Shown: positions 7,855-17,300 of the stretch, piece by piece
How the letters are laid out: every line of letters starts with the position of its first letter
Numbering within the stretch: the first letter of the stretch is position 1
DNA from: a virus
Lineage: Duplodnaviria > Caudoviricetes
Strand: one strand, 5' to 3'
Virus record (IMG/VR): IMGVR_UViG_2061766007_000015
Span: 1-64,000 of that record
DNA length: 64,000 bases
Translations under genes and position numbers: made by a program
Notes under the pieces: model-generated
Seen by the model: the letters and a program-made list of their open reading frames with translations, nothing else
Told to the model about the DNA's origin: nothing
The model's database searches: none

Positions 7855-8790
7855 TCATTCGCCATCATATCCACCGAAATGTTCTGAGATTTTAGTAGTA
7901 TCGCCCTTATAGAATACGAGGATATTCTGATGATGCTTGCCTATCTTTCGACTCTGGTCAAAGTACTTAGGTGCTCGGATAGGAAGACTACCAATATTAT
8001 TCTCTAGTATAATCTCATTATAATAGTATAATCCTGCCCTCTGCAAGATATTTATAGTATCAGACACAAATCCATAATATGAGCCTGTCTTCGGATTACG
8101 TATCTCTGAAACCACTATTACAAAGAATCTATTATCCTTTAAGTTATTTGCCGCAGTATTCAGACAGTGGAAATACCTATCTAAAAACTCAATGTACGTA
8201 GGCTGATTACTTAAGTCACGAGAATCCTCTGAATACTTTTCAAGATTATAATAGGGTGGACATGTAAAGACCATATCAGATGTACATTCAGGTAATACTA
8301 TACTGGAACTATCGTCACATATCCAACACACTCTATTCTTTAGTGGCTCACCCATCTCTTCCACCACTCTCGCTAACTGGTCTTCATTTGCTACAACTTG
8401 TGAATGGGATAAGTCTATGCCTACATAATCATGACCAAGTATTCCTGCTACGATTCCTCTTACACTGCCACCAGCAAAAGGGTCTAGTATCACACCGCCG
8501 GACGGGCAGAACCATCGGTACATGAGTTCGCTTAATACTGGGTCAAATGTACTTGTCCTCTCTGGTGTCTTTGCTTGCTCACCTCTAGCACTGAATGTAT
8601 TTACAGGCATGGCGTTATTTCTTTTAACGTCTCTGCCTAATGTGCTCTCTATGCCTAAACTTTCCCACATATCTTTTCTTCTCTGCCATGCCGCTGAGAT
8701 TGTATTCAGAATAGAGAACGGAGGCACTATATACTTATCCGCGAGTAGTCTTTTTGTTGTATCTGATTTTTCCATTTTGAATAAAGGCAT
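7855..8790 (-). CDS. SAM-dependent amino-(N6A/N4C) DNA methyltransferase-like protein
   Basis: ILDPFAGGSVRG SAM-binding motif and FTCPPY catalytic-like motif. Confidence 0.8.
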   Translation of the reverse strand: MPLFKMEKSDTTKRLLADKYIVPPFSILNTISAAWQRRKDMWESLGIESTLGRDVKRNNAMPVNTFSARGEQAKTPERTSTFDPVLSELMYRWFCPSGGVILDPFAGGSVRGIVAGILGHDYVGIDLSHSQVVANEDQLARVVEEMGEPLKNRVCWICDDSSSIVLPECTSDMVFTCPPYYNLEKYSEDSRDLSNQPTYIEFLDRYFHCLNTAANNLKDNRFFVIVVSEIRNPKTGSYYGFVSDTINILQRAGLYYYNEIILENNIGSLPIRAPKYFDQSRKIGKHHQNILVFYKGDTTKISEHFGGYDGE

Positions 8791-9817
8791 TTTCTATCTG
8801 TCCTTTCAATATCGAGTCTGCTATAGGATAACTGATATACTCATCCCACACATCTTGCACTGATACTTGGTATTCATCCTGCTCCCGTCGTAGTGTTTTA
8901 CCTAACACTTCAAGACAATGGATATAGTATGCATCATCGGAACTTATGAGATGTTTGTCCATGAGTGTTATACTTTCTTGGCAACACTTCCAACAGCATC
9001 CACACCGGTGCGGTAGTAGTGTTATACCGTACTTATTCTCCGTACGCTTCTTCCAATGCTCTCTGAAACGATAGGGACTTATGCACGACATTGAGGCCTG
9101 TATCAGATTCATATTTCGACCAAGCATCAAATATGTGTCGGCTTGTGTACGTAATGGTAACTGTATATGAAAATCTGGTAACATTCGCCGTACTATCTTG
9201 TCGAAAGCATGCCACATTTCAGGACTATCTCCACCGCAAACATCAAATGGCATATTTTCTAACTTGCTGTCACTAAAATTACCAAATGCAATGTTCGGTG
9301 CCACGCAACTGTGAACTGCCCAAGAAATTGCTCCCCATGCGATTATATAGTTCTTAAGAGGATGTTCTACAAAGTCGTGAGTACCTGATAACGTACACTC
9401 GTCAATCACGTAGGGCAAATTAAGTATCCTTGCAATCTCTTCAACTGCTTTATACTCATCATAATATACCTTATTTATACCATGCAAGTGGTAGAGATAT
9501 ACGTTGTAGCCCAACTCCTTGTAGTACAATGCTGTAGCAATACTATCTTTGCCGCCTGATATGCATACTACAACCTCATCCTGTCTAGGTGTATAACCTA
9601 AAGGAAATACTAACTGCTGTATGTTGCTGTCGACCATCTCTCTACGCTCATACCACGGCACTTTACAATCTAGGATATCCTGTATGTCTGCAAAACTCTT
9701 ATCATAAGGCATCTGAATTAACTTCTTTGTGTCCGCACTTGATACATAAGCATACAAGTCCAAAAGTTGTACGTACAACTTGTTGGGTATAGGATTACTT
9801 AGTGTTACTGTCTGCAT
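8735..9817 (-). CDS. QueC-like PP-loop ATPase
   Basis: SGGKDS PP-loop; C-terminal SC...CGCCWKC Zn motif; extra N-terminal region. Confidence 0.75.
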   Translation of the reverse strand: MQTVTLSNPIPNKLYVQLLDLYAYVSSADTKKLIQMPYDKSFADIQDILDCKVPWYERREMVDSNIQQLVFPLGYTPRQDEVVVCISGGKDSIATALYYKELGYNVYLYHLHGINKVYYDEYKAVEEIARILNLPYVIDECTLSGTHDFVEHPLKNYIIAWGAISWAVHSCVAPNIAFGNFSDSKLENMPFDVCGGDSPEMWHAFDKIVRRMLPDFHIQLPLRTQADTYLMLGRNMNLIQASMSCISPYRFREHWKKRTENKYGITLLPHRCGCCWKCCQESITLMDKHLISSDDAYYIHCLEVLGKTLRREQDEYQVSVQDVWDEYISYPIADSILKGQIENAFIQNGKIRYNKKTTRG

Positions 9818-9953
9818 ACTTTCTCCTAAATAAAAGGTTCTTATTGTCACGCTTAGACTTTTCTAGGCAAGTCTTTCCCATGCCTACTTTTCGATACTCG
9901 GGATTCTTTAATCTGCGACCACACCGCAGACAGTAAATATATTCTTTTTCCAT
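9795..9953 (-). CDS. Small Zn-finger protein (DUF6011-like, 52 aa)
   Basis: Hand-translated CLRCGRRLKNP...GMGKTC. Confidence 0.65.
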   Translation of the reverse strand: MEKEYIYCLRCGRRLKNPEYRKVGMGKTCLEKSKRDNKNLLFRRKYADSNTK

Positions 9954-9960
9954 AGTCACC

Positions 9961-10911
9961 TCACAGAATGTTGGTTAACACATAATCAACTGCTACGTCC
10001 TCATCTATCTTACCAGACTTGATACCGCTCTCAACTGACTGAATCGTTCTTATGAGCCACACCAAGTCTCCGTTACGATATATTCCTGCTTTGCTCTTGG
10101 CTACTTTAATCTGCCAAGGTGTAAGTCCAGTGCTATGAGCAACATCACCATCACCGCACGACTGTACTTGAAGCAATTGCTTGGCATTGGTATACAATAC
10201 TGACAGCAACGCTAGTGGATGCTCCCCAATAGCATTACAATTCTCCAATAATGTATATGCTCGCCTAACCTGATGGCGGAGCACTGCATCTACAAAATCA
10301 AAAATAGCATCATAAGGCTTCTGTCGAATAGTGCCGTCACTTAACAAATCTCTAAACGCCTCATCATACGTCATATCGTATCCATGTTCTTCGCCAAAGC
10401 ATGCATACTGCTTTACCTTGTCAGCCTCTAAAAACATTCTTGAATAGTCGTTATCGCACACCTCAATTAACTTCTCAATGTTGCTGTCTGACAATGCTAT
10501 TTCACGCTTCAAATACACGCTTAGAATTGACGAATTTAAGCGTGTAAACTCTACAATAGTGTTAGAGTACGTCTTATAGAATTTAGAGCGTTTATCGAGC
10601 GTGTAGAACGCTAAAATCAGTATGTTATTTTTCAGTGCTTCGCCGTTTATAAATCTATCCCAAACTTTCTCTTCCTTTAAGAAATCAGTATCGTCATGTA
10701 TCACGTATACTTTACGCTTATTGAGTATGGAAGAGCCAGCACTAGTCTGTACTATACTTGACACGGTATCAGCGTATACCAACTGAGCGTTTGCCACTTC
10801 CGCTATCTTCTTTATATAGATGGACATTATACCAATCTCTTCACCAGTAAAGATATAGCAAGGTGATAATTCTCGACTCTTTATTTGGTGTTTAACATCA
10901 AGTAATGTCAT
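9961..10911 (-). CDS. holA: DNA polymerase III delta-like clamp loader subunit
   Basis: YIFTGEE N-terminal motif, C-terminal IKSGKID helix, adjacency to holB/dnaX-like genes. Confidence 0.75.
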   Translation of the reverse strand: MTLLDVKHQIKSRELSPCYIFTGEEIGIMSIYIKKIAEVANAQLVYADTVSSIVQTSAGSSILNKRKVYVIHDDTDFLKEEKVWDRFINGEALKNNILILAFYTLDKRSKFYKTYSNTIVEFTRLNSSILSVYLKREIALSDSNIEKLIEVCDNDYSRMFLEADKVKQYACFGEEHGYDMTYDEAFRDLLSDGTIRQKPYDAIFDFVDAVLRHQVRRAYTLLENCNAIGEHPLALLSVLYTNAKQLLQVQSCGDGDVAHSTGLTPWQIKVAKSKAGIYRNGDLVWLIRTIQSVESGIKSGKIDEDVAVDYVLTNIL

Positions 10912-11743
10912 AGAACTGCATCCATTCCTTTCGTATGTCTAATATCCACATATCTATCAAACTCTGCTTTGAAATGCCTGTTACCTTTAACGACTGCAAA
11001 GTTTTGGAAGTAATCTTTATCGCCGTCGCATATTTACTTACATCTTCCCGCAATCTGTTACTGCACTCAGTAATGAAGGCTTTTAAGAATATTCTTATAT
11101 CGTATCCTTCGCCGTCATCTTTCATCTTAAGTTTATCCGCAATCTTAAAGCAGTTTGCACCACTTACTGTTGCTATGTTGTCTACCACAGTATTCACAAA
11201 CTGATAGAACGTGGGCACTCCGTATTCTTTAAGAAGGTCTACTTCTCCTGGTGTCTCGCACACGTTTGCAATTACTGGCATTTCGTCAGTGCTGAATTTA
11301 TACCTCTCAGCGTACTGACCAATCTCAGTAGGAGTGTACGGTTGCATGTTTATTACAGTTGCTCGGCTCTGTATCGTTTCAAGTGTATTGTTTATATCCT
11401 CAAGGGACATCATAAAATATACGTTCTGCGGAGGTTCTTCTACAATCTTCAACAGTGCATTTTTAGCCGCAGGTGACATTTTATCCGCATCAGGAAACAT
11501 ACAGAATAACGAGTCAACCTTAACTGTATTGGCCAATTCGATTGACTTACGTACATCATTTACAGATGTGCCGAACCAAACATCACTTGCAGTGTTACCT
11601 CTGCGCTTGTACAAATTAAGTGTCTCATGCATTAATGTATGCCTACCACTACCACGACCACCCACAAGTACAATGAAGTTCGGTAATCTATCATCCATAA
11701 TTAATGTTTCAAGATAATCTAATATTGCGTTCTGACCTATCAT
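10898..11743 (-). CDS. holB: DNA polymerase III delta-prime-like subunit
   Basis: Degenerate P-loop GGRGSGR; NALLKIVEEPP; TIQSR. Confidence 0.75.
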   Translation of the reverse strand: MIGQNAILDYLETLIMDDRLPNFIVLVGGRGSGRHTLMHETLNLYKRRGNTASDVWFGTSVNDVRKSIELANTVKVDSLFCMFPDADKMSPAAKNALLKIVEEPPQNVYFMMSLEDINNTLETIQSRATVINMQPYTPTEIGQYAERYKFSTDEMPVIANVCETPGEVDLLKEYGVPTFYQFVNTVVDNIATVSGANCFKIADKLKMKDDGEGYDIRIFLKAFITECSNRLREDVSKYATAIKITSKTLQSLKVTGISKQSLIDMWILDIRKEWMQFYDIT

Positions 11744-11753
11744 AAGTTCTCCT

Positions 11754-11936
11754 CTACCATCTAAATGTCACACCGCAGTGGGGACACGTATCAGGTAATT
11801 TTTCATCAATCACCTCAAATATCCCACCGCAGTTGTTACATGTGTATTCTTCTACCTTTCCTTTCGCAAGCATCTTATTTCTGTATAGTTCGTCCTTACG
11901 TTTCTTAAACTGCTCAAACTCTACGATTGTGCCCAA
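11754..11936 (-). CDS. Small Zn-ribbon protein
   Basis: CxxC...CPHC. Confidence 0.65.
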   Translation of the reverse strand: MGTIVEFEQFKKRKDELYRNKMLAKGKVEEYTCNNCGGIFEVIDEKLPDTCPHCGVTFRW

Positions 11937-12967
11937 AGTTTTCTGCTCCTCTCAATGAATGATATCAAAGTAGCCTCTATCAAAGCCTTCGCATTGGTCT
12001 CCCACTTTAAATCTGCATTGAGTTGAACAATCACATCCAACAAGTCCGCTGTCGGTACTGTTACATGAGCAAATGATGTTACCTGCGTCTTATACGTACT
12101 AGGTATTCCTGTATATTCAAGTGTGCCAGTAATCTGATACTTTCTCATATCCAAAACGAATACCATAAATGACTTCATAAACTGCTTCAAATCTTTACCG
12201 TCAAAGTACAATCCCTCAGTTATCTTAATTACCTCGTCATCGTTTGTGTCGAGAATGGACTTGTACAGATTGAACATTGTGTTGTAGTCAACCGTACCAA
12301 GGGCTTTAATAACCGCTTCTATGTCTATGTTACTATCATATGATAACACTTTATCTGTGAGCGTTAAAGCGGCTCTCATTCCACCATCAGCCAAGGATGC
12401 GATATAATTAAGAGCCTCATCAGTATACTGAATATTTGCTCCTGCTTCGTTTTCCCATCTGATTACGTCTTTCAGTCTGTCAATAATGACATCAATGGGT
12501 ATTCTCGCAAAGTCAAATCTCTGGCAACGAGACAAGATAGTGTTAGGCACTTTCTGAATGTCTGTTGTTGCTAAAATGAACACTGTCTTTGCCGGGGGTT
12601 CTTCAATAAGTTTCAGCATTGCCGCCCATGCTCCTGCGGACAGCATATGTACCTCGTCAAGGATATATACTTTATATTCGCTGTCAAGACTCTTTGTTTT
12701 AGCCTGCGCTGTAATCTCTCGTATATTATCTACGCTGTTGTTACTTGCGGCATCAAGTTCGATGGGATTTCCGTGCCCATTATTTATCTCATTCGCAAGT
12801 ATTCTGGCACAAGTCGTTTTACCACAACCAGCAGGCCCAGTGAAAATGTAGGCCTGCTTGAATGTGCGAGTGAGTATCTGGTTTTCAAGAATTGCTGTAA
12901 TGCTACCCTGGCTACATACATCACTGAATGTTGTCGGGCGATATTTGATTGCTAATGACTGCATCAA
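11921..12967 (-). CDS. dnaX: DNA polymerase III gamma/tau-like clamp loader ATPase
   Basis: LAIKYRP, GPAGCGKTT, DEVHML, SRCQ motifs. Confidence 0.9.
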   Translation of the reverse strand: MMQSLAIKYRPTTFSDVCSQGSITAILENQILTRTFKQAYIFTGPAGCGKTTCARILANEINNGHGNPIELDAASNNSVDNIREITAQAKTKSLDSEYKVYILDEVHMLSAGAWAAMLKLIEEPPAKTVFILATTDIQKVPNTILSRCQRFDFARIPIDVIIDRLKDVIRWENEAGANIQYTDEALNYIASLADGGMRAALTLTDKVLSYDSNIDIEAVIKALGTVDYNTMFNLYKSILDTNDDEVIKITEGLYFDGKDLKQFMKSFMVFVLDMRKYQITGTLEYTGIPSTYKTQVTSFAHVTVPTADLLDVIVQLNADLKWETNAKALIEATLISFIERSRKLWAQS

Positions 12968-13176
12968 TCATTCTCCTTATATATGTATTTGGCATACTGA
13001 CAAGTGTTGCCGTATCTATCGGTTGCTTCAATCATCATAGTGTCGATGTCCATCGTCTTTCTCAGATTGAAAATGATGGCTGATAATCTTGTAGCGCCAT
13101 ACAAATCAATGGCTTCCCAAGATGTAATGCTACCAAACTCCTGCAAGTGTTTTTTAACTAACTGGTGCTTGTTCAT
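12964..13176 (-). CDS. Winged HTH protein
   Basis: HL...GSITSWEA...YGATRLSAIIFNLR pattern. Confidence 0.7.
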   Translation of the reverse strand: MNKHQLVKKHLQEFGSITSWEAIDLYGATRLSAIIFNLRKTMDIDTMMIEATDRYGNTCQYAKYIYKEND

Positions 13177-13369
13177 TCTCTTCTCCCTCCTCTAACAACT
13201 TCTGTAACATCTTTACACGGTCACGCACATAAATAAGTTCTTCAAGTATTGAACGTGTTTCTATCGTTGCCCAGGAGAACGGCAATTCGCTATATTCAAT
13301 ATCAGGTAACTTACCAACTTCTGCAAGTACCTCTGCGATGTATCCACAAATGCGGGTCTGTAACGTCAT
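13154..13369 (-). CDS. Hypothetical protein
   Basis: 71 aa coupled ORF. Confidence 0.65.
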   Translation of the reverse strand: MTLQTRICGYIAEVLAEVGKLPDIEYSELPFSWATIETRSILEELIYVRDRVKMLQKLLEEGEENEQAPVS

Positions 13370-13710
13370 ACGTCCTCCTTTAAGTAGTTTACAAGTTTGC
13401 GGAAAAGTTTCTCATTAATCACATAGTAGTTTGGCTTATCAGGTCCAAAGTTAAATGCTAATGCTGAGTAATCTTTTCCAACAGCGAAGGCTTCTTCTGT
13501 ATTCTTATCGAGCCATTCTTCTTTTATGCTGAAAGACTTTTTATCTTCCATACAGGTCTTACATTCGATAAGAAACATTTCGGTATTTACATCGCCCTTC
13601 CTAAAAGCAGTAGCGCCGCTGTTGGCGACTACTTTGCCACCAACAGACTTTGCTACTTTATTCTCTTGCCTTCTGCTGAAATACCGAGTTGACTCTTTAT
13701 TACTTGTCAT
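13366..13710 (-). CDS. PD-(D/E)xK nuclease, Holliday junction resolvase-like
   Basis: QE...SGAT..KGDV...LIECKT. Confidence 0.75.
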   Translation of the reverse strand: MTSNKESTRYFSRRQENKVAKSVGGKVVANSGATAFRKGDVNTEMFLIECKTCMEDKKSFSIKEEWLDKNTEEAFAVGKDYSALAFNFGPDKPNYYVINEKLFRKLVNYLKEDV

Positions 13711-13718
13711 ACTGCTCC

Positions 13719-14135
13719 TTATTTCTCAACATACCAAAACTCGTAGGTCTCATCGTATCTCAGGCTGTAGTCACCAATGAAGTTGTTGAGCACTTTGGTC
13801 TTTTCATTCTCAATCACGATTACATTCTTGTTCGTGTGAGTACTGCCATAGAACTTACGACCATGACCAGCAACACCGGGTCTGAAAAGAACACGATTCT
13901 TCATTACTGTCATCTCGATATACTCGCCAAACTTCTCATCAGTCTTATTGCGGAAAGTAATGCTGTAACGATACTTACCTAAATCTTCTTTCTTCGCATG
14001 TGTCGCGGGCTTTACTCTGCTGATAGTCACATCTGCATTTGACCTGCCGTTACGGGATGAGTCGAAATCCCACCAATCAAATAACTCATTCTGAATTGCT
14101 CTGGTTGCTTCGTCAATCTTCTTATTAGGTTGCAT
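13719..14135 (-). CDS. Hypothetical protein
   Basis: 138 aa ORF with SD. Confidence 0.75.
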   Translation of the reverse strand: MQPNKKIDEATRAIQNELFDWWDFDSSRNGRSNADVTISRVKPATHAKKEDLGKYRYSITFRNKTDEKFGEYIEMTVMKNRVLFRPGVAGHGRKFYGSTHTNKNVIVIENEKTKVLNNFIGDYSLRYDETYEFWYVEK

Positions 14136-14138
14136 AGT

Positions 14139-14465
14139 TTAATCTTCCTCCGTAGATTCTGTTTCCTCAGTTTCATAATCACTCCAGTCAAGCGGTGCAT
14201 AAACTGCAAGTACTTTTCTTAACGGCCACTGCTCTGTGCAGGATACCTTCATGGCCATTCTTATCGTATCATCCTCGGGGTCATTATTAACTCCTGACTC
14301 ATAATCGATTACTACAGCCAACTTACCCTCGTCTGAATTTTCAGTATCTTCGACTAGAATATTCTGACCTACAGTAATGCTTGACCAACGGGGTGCTCTG
14401 AACAACTGAGGCATTTCACCTTCAGGCTTAGCAACTACTAAGCCGATGTAATTTGAATAACTCAT
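14139..14465 (-). CDS. Hypothetical protein
   Basis: AAGGAG SD before MSYSNY. Confidence 0.75.
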   Translation of the reverse strand: MSYSNYIGLVVAKPEGEMPQLFRAPRWSSITVGQNILVEDTENSDEGKLAVVIDYESGVNNDPEDDTIRMAMKVSCTEQWPLRKVLAVYAPLDWSDYETEETESTEED

Positions 14466-14513
14466 AAATATTCTCCTTTCATGAAGTTCTTGAGTTCTCT
14501 TGTTTATAGTAAC

Positions 14514-14546
14514 ATTATACAACACGTTTTAAGTAAAAGCAACAGG
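14514..14546 (-). promoter_or_regulatory. Class II sigmaA-like promoter
   Basis: CCTG-TTGCTT-17-TATAAT. Confidence 0.85.
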
Positions 14547-14550
14547 CAGT

Positions 14551-14736
14551 TTACTTTTTATTTTCGTTTAAATCTCGTCCGCATTTAGGGCAATGCGTAA
14601 TTGTTGTACGATAGACATTTGTCCCGTACTTCACCACCAACTCATGCTTATCAATATCTATCCAAGCATGATGGTTTATTAGATGTGTAAAGCATTTACA
14701 GCCATCTTCATAATCGTACTGACAATAATAGCACAT
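14551..14736 (-). CDS. Small Cys-rich protein
   Basis: CYYC...CPKCG. Confidence 0.65.
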   Translation of the reverse strand: MCYYCQYDYEDGCKCFTHLINHHAWIDIDKHELVVKYGTNVYRTTITHCPKCGRDLNENKK

Positions 14737-14738
14737 TA

Positions 14739-15020
14739 TTACACCTCCTTACCACTAAGTACAGCAACCACGCGTCTAAATCTCTGCTCATATAACTGCT
14801 GTGCCGCATCTACTTTCTTAGTAGTTTCAGCAGTCCACTTCTCGGTGTAGTACTCAATAAGTGCGTTCTCCTTTTCCATGCGACATGGACTTTTCTTGGG
14901 TCTGCCATTCTTACCGAGTACCACGAGATTATACTCGTTAAAATAATAATCAATATCTCCAGCACACATATAAACCCATACTCTTGTCTGTGCTCTATCT
15001 AAGGCTTCTTCTCTTGTCAT
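14739..15020 (-). CDS. Hypothetical protein
   Basis: 93 aa, GGAGG SD. Confidence 0.75.
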   Translation of the reverse strand: MTREEALDRAQTRVWVYMCAGDIDYYFNEYNLVVLGKNGRPKKSPCRMEKENALIEYYTEKWTAETTKKVDAAQQLYEQRFRRVVAVLSGKEV

Positions 15021-15153
15021 TTTTCTTCCTCCGTTTTCTTATCCATTTTTCAATTTTTCTGAGTGCCCAGTCAAGGAACATAGCAAGTCCTACAAAAAAC
15101 AGACCGAGGGGAATACCTACAGCAAAGCATAAAATCGCCTCTATTAGGGACAT
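14995..15153 (-). CDS. Small membrane protein (52 aa)
   Basis: Hand-translated hydrophobic N-half, basic tail; GAGGTG SD. Confidence 0.55.
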   Translation of the reverse strand: MSLIEAILCFAVGIPLGLFFVGLAMFLDWALRKIEKWIRKRRKKNDKRRSLR

Positions 15154-15332
15154 TCTGTCACCTCCTCAAGAAATTTTTGTAATTTGATTTCATTCATGCA
15201 ATCGCTACAATAAACGCCTTCTTTGCCTTCAATCTTGTACAAGAAACACATCCAGTGTCTATTCCACTTTCCGCGCTGTTCACACAATCTGCATTGTCCT
15301 TGTCCTTCACCCTTTGCTCTAGTTATTTTCAT
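15144..15332 (-). CDS. Small Zn-binding protein
   Basis: CRLC...CSDC. Confidence 0.65.
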   Translation of the reverse strand: MKITRAKGEGQGQCRLCEQRGKWNRHWMCFLYKIEGKEGVYCSDCMNEIKLQKFLEEVTECP

Positions 15333-15586
15333 TCTTCACTCCCGTATTCAAAATGTTCGTCAAAATCAAAACCACAGTCATCGTACCAGGTAATCCAGTC
15401 CTCTACATCTTCGTCCCACTCTTCAAGACCTGCCGCACTGCAATGGTCGGGAAATACTCCCTCATCAACTTTTGTGTTAACAAAATCTGCAATGGCATCA
15501 ATCATGGTCTTTGCTTCTTCCGGAGAAGATACCTCTTTGTAGTAGGGTTTTGTTCCAAGTATAAAATAGTACATTCTTAATTTCAT
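15329..15586 (-). CDS. Acidic hypothetical protein
   Basis: 85 aa coupled ORF. Confidence 0.75.
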   Translation of the reverse strand: MKLRMYYFILGTKPYYKEVSSPEEAKTMIDAIADFVNTKVDEGVFPDHCSAAGLEEWDEDVEDWITWYDDCGFDFDEHFEYGSEE

Positions 15587-15798
15587 TCACTCACCTCCTT
15601 TATATACTGCTCAGAATCAGACCAAGGACCACAATATTCCCTGGCTACACAGTAAGAGTGCAACTCTTCAATGGAATGTATCTCCACGTTTTCAGGAAAA
15701 TCATAATATTCCATCCAATCCATAAAGAAATGACGTTCAAGTGGTCTTGGATAGTTAGCAATAAATATAGCAAACTCGTCCCGATTAACCTTTTTCAT
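15583..15798 (-). CDS. Hypothetical protein
   Basis: 71 aa, AAGGAGG SD. Confidence 0.75.
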   Translation of the reverse strand: MKKVNRDEFAIFIANYPRPLERHFFMDWMEYYDFPENVEIHSIEELHSYCVAREYCGPWSDSEQYIKEVSE

Positions 15799-15968
15799 AT
15801 TTCCTCCTTATAATCTAAAAGTAATTGAGCATCCTTAAGCATACTTTCAAATTTCTCCTTGCTATCGTTATCTGAATCTTTCGGATTAGAACATGAAAAT
15901 CTGCCAGTGGAAGTAAACAAATTAAACTCGTTAGCGATTACTGATATAGGCTTAATCTTCTCCGTCAT
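15795..15968 (-). CDS. Small protein (57 aa) with TSTGRFSCSNP motif
   Basis: Hand-translated; ATGA overlaps at both ends; GAGGAGG SD. Confidence 0.7.
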   Translation of the reverse strand: MTEKIKPISVIANEFNLFTSTGRFSCSNPKDSDNDSKEKFESMLKDAQLLLDYKEEI

Positions 15969-16408
15969 ACTTCCTCCTCATCCTCGGGTTTATCATGGAT
16001 TAAATCACATAACTCGTCATCGGTAAGACCGATAAACTCTTTGCTTATTCTGATTACCTCCCTTAATAAATCCTTTACCTGTTTCTCTCCCCATCTTCTT
16101 CCTAACTTCCTGCCATCAGCGAAGCCTTTATAATACTGCTCTCTGTCTCCCTCAAGAGCCTTGAGCAGTCTGTCTTTATCAACATCCACACCCACCTTCA
16201 TGCAGGTCTGAACAATCATGTTCCCCAAATCGTCATCATATTGCTCCGTCATTGGTTCTACCAAATGGCTGATTGATATGGGACTCTCATACATGGGTTT
16301 TTCCTCCTTCTCTACCGTTACCTTGGGTACTTCCATCAGGATGTTTCTAAACTCATTATCCTGTGGAAATCTGCCTTCATAGAATGCTCTTAACAACTCG
16401 GTTTTCAC
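15965..16408 (-). CDS. Hypothetical protein
   Basis: 147 aa (GTG start). Confidence 0.7.
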   Translation of the reverse strand: MKTELLRAFYEGRFPQDNEFRNILMEVPKVTVEKEEKPMYESPISISHLVEPMTEQYDDDLGNMIVQTCMKVGVDVDKDRLLKALEGDREQYYKGFADGRKLGRRWGEKQVKDLLREVIRISKEFIGLTDDELCDLIHDKPEDEEEV

Positions 16409-16959
16409 TCTACTTCCTCCTTATCAACTATCGCACTCTTTATTATCCAGCCTGACCATTCTATCTTGGCTAAATCTTCTTTGATGCCATCAACATCTTC
16501 AATGTCTCTGCTTATTCCCATTTTGCTGAGACAAATGGGACCTATGCCATAGTGTCTTGATACTGGATTGGTTAACTCTTTACCACACACTGCACAAGTT
16601 ACTGTAGGATAACCAAAGCCGTGAAGATTCATATACACCATGCCTCGAGTTTCTTTCTCGGTCTTGCCAATCATAGTTCTCATGGGCATTGGTACATTGT
16701 TATTCCACTTAAGCATAAAATCAAACTCAGGCGATGCAGGCTTAGTCATGTACTGCTTAACTGTTATCTTTACTTCGTCAGAATGTGCTTCTTGCACTGT
16801 CTGAGACTCATTAACAGCGTTTTGTTGCTTGCATAGTAACTTTATACATGTAGACTCGTTAAAGTCGCCTGGAGAGCGTTGGAGAGCGTCCTGTATGCTG
16901 TTGTAATGCTGACCGTCTATCTCTACTTCACCGGGCCAGTTCTTCAACTGATTAATCAT
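16405..16959 (-). CDS. Protein with DUF6011-like Zn finger
   Basis: CAVCGKELTNPVSRHYGIGPIC. Confidence 0.75.
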   Translation of the reverse strand: MINQLKNWPGEVEIDGQHYNSIQDALQRSPGDFNESTCIKLLCKQQNAVNESQTVQEAHSDEVKITVKQYMTKPASPEFDFMLKWNNNVPMPMRTMIGKTEKETRGMVYMNLHGFGYPTVTCAVCGKELTNPVSRHYGIGPICLSKMGISRDIEDVDGIKEDLAKIEWSGWIIKSAIVDKEEVE

Positions 16960-16992
16960 CTTTTGTTCTCCTTAAACATTATACAACGCGGG

Positions 16993-17208
16993 TTATTTGG
17001 AAATTTCTGAATTTTTTACCGGCGAGTTTTCAGCATCTTCCTCATCTTGCTCTTCTTCTTCGACTATCCAATCTTCATCGAAATCTTCACCGCCACAACA
17101 AGGACATGTGTAACTGTACATTGGCACATTACTTCCCCAAAACTCTACCCAATCTGTATACTTTCTGGGTTCATCGAAATATTCTTTGCAATCCCTGCAC
17201 TTGTACAT
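16993..17208 (-). CDS. Zn-ribbon protein with acidic tail
   Basis: CRDC...CPCCG. Confidence 0.7.
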   Translation of the reverse strand: MYKCRDCKEYFDEPRKYTDWVEFWGSNVPMYSYTCPCCGGEDFDEDWIVEEEEQDEEDAENSPVKNSEISK

Positions 17209-17242
17209 CTTTAGTTCCTCGCTTTCTTTATCTTACAAGAAC

Positions 17243-17271
17243 ATTATACAACGTATTTATCTTAAAATCAA
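17243..17271 (-). promoter_or_regulatory. Class II promoter
   Basis: TTGATT-17-TATAAT. Confidence 0.8.
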
Positions 17272-17300
17272 GAGGACGCTTTATGCGCCCTCTTTTTTTT
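17270..17300. terminator. Terminator hairpin (possibly bidirectional)
   Basis: AAGAGGACGC/GCGCCCTCTT; T8 on plus side. Confidence 0.65.

Noticed and set aside
15795-15968. Frameshifted pseudogene
   Set aside because: On careful re-reading the ORF is intact and in frame (57 aa)
16975-16987. Functional promoter at this 13-mer copy
   Set aside because: No good -35 upstream, and only AAAGAT at the class I -10 position; counted as a motif copy but not called as a promoter
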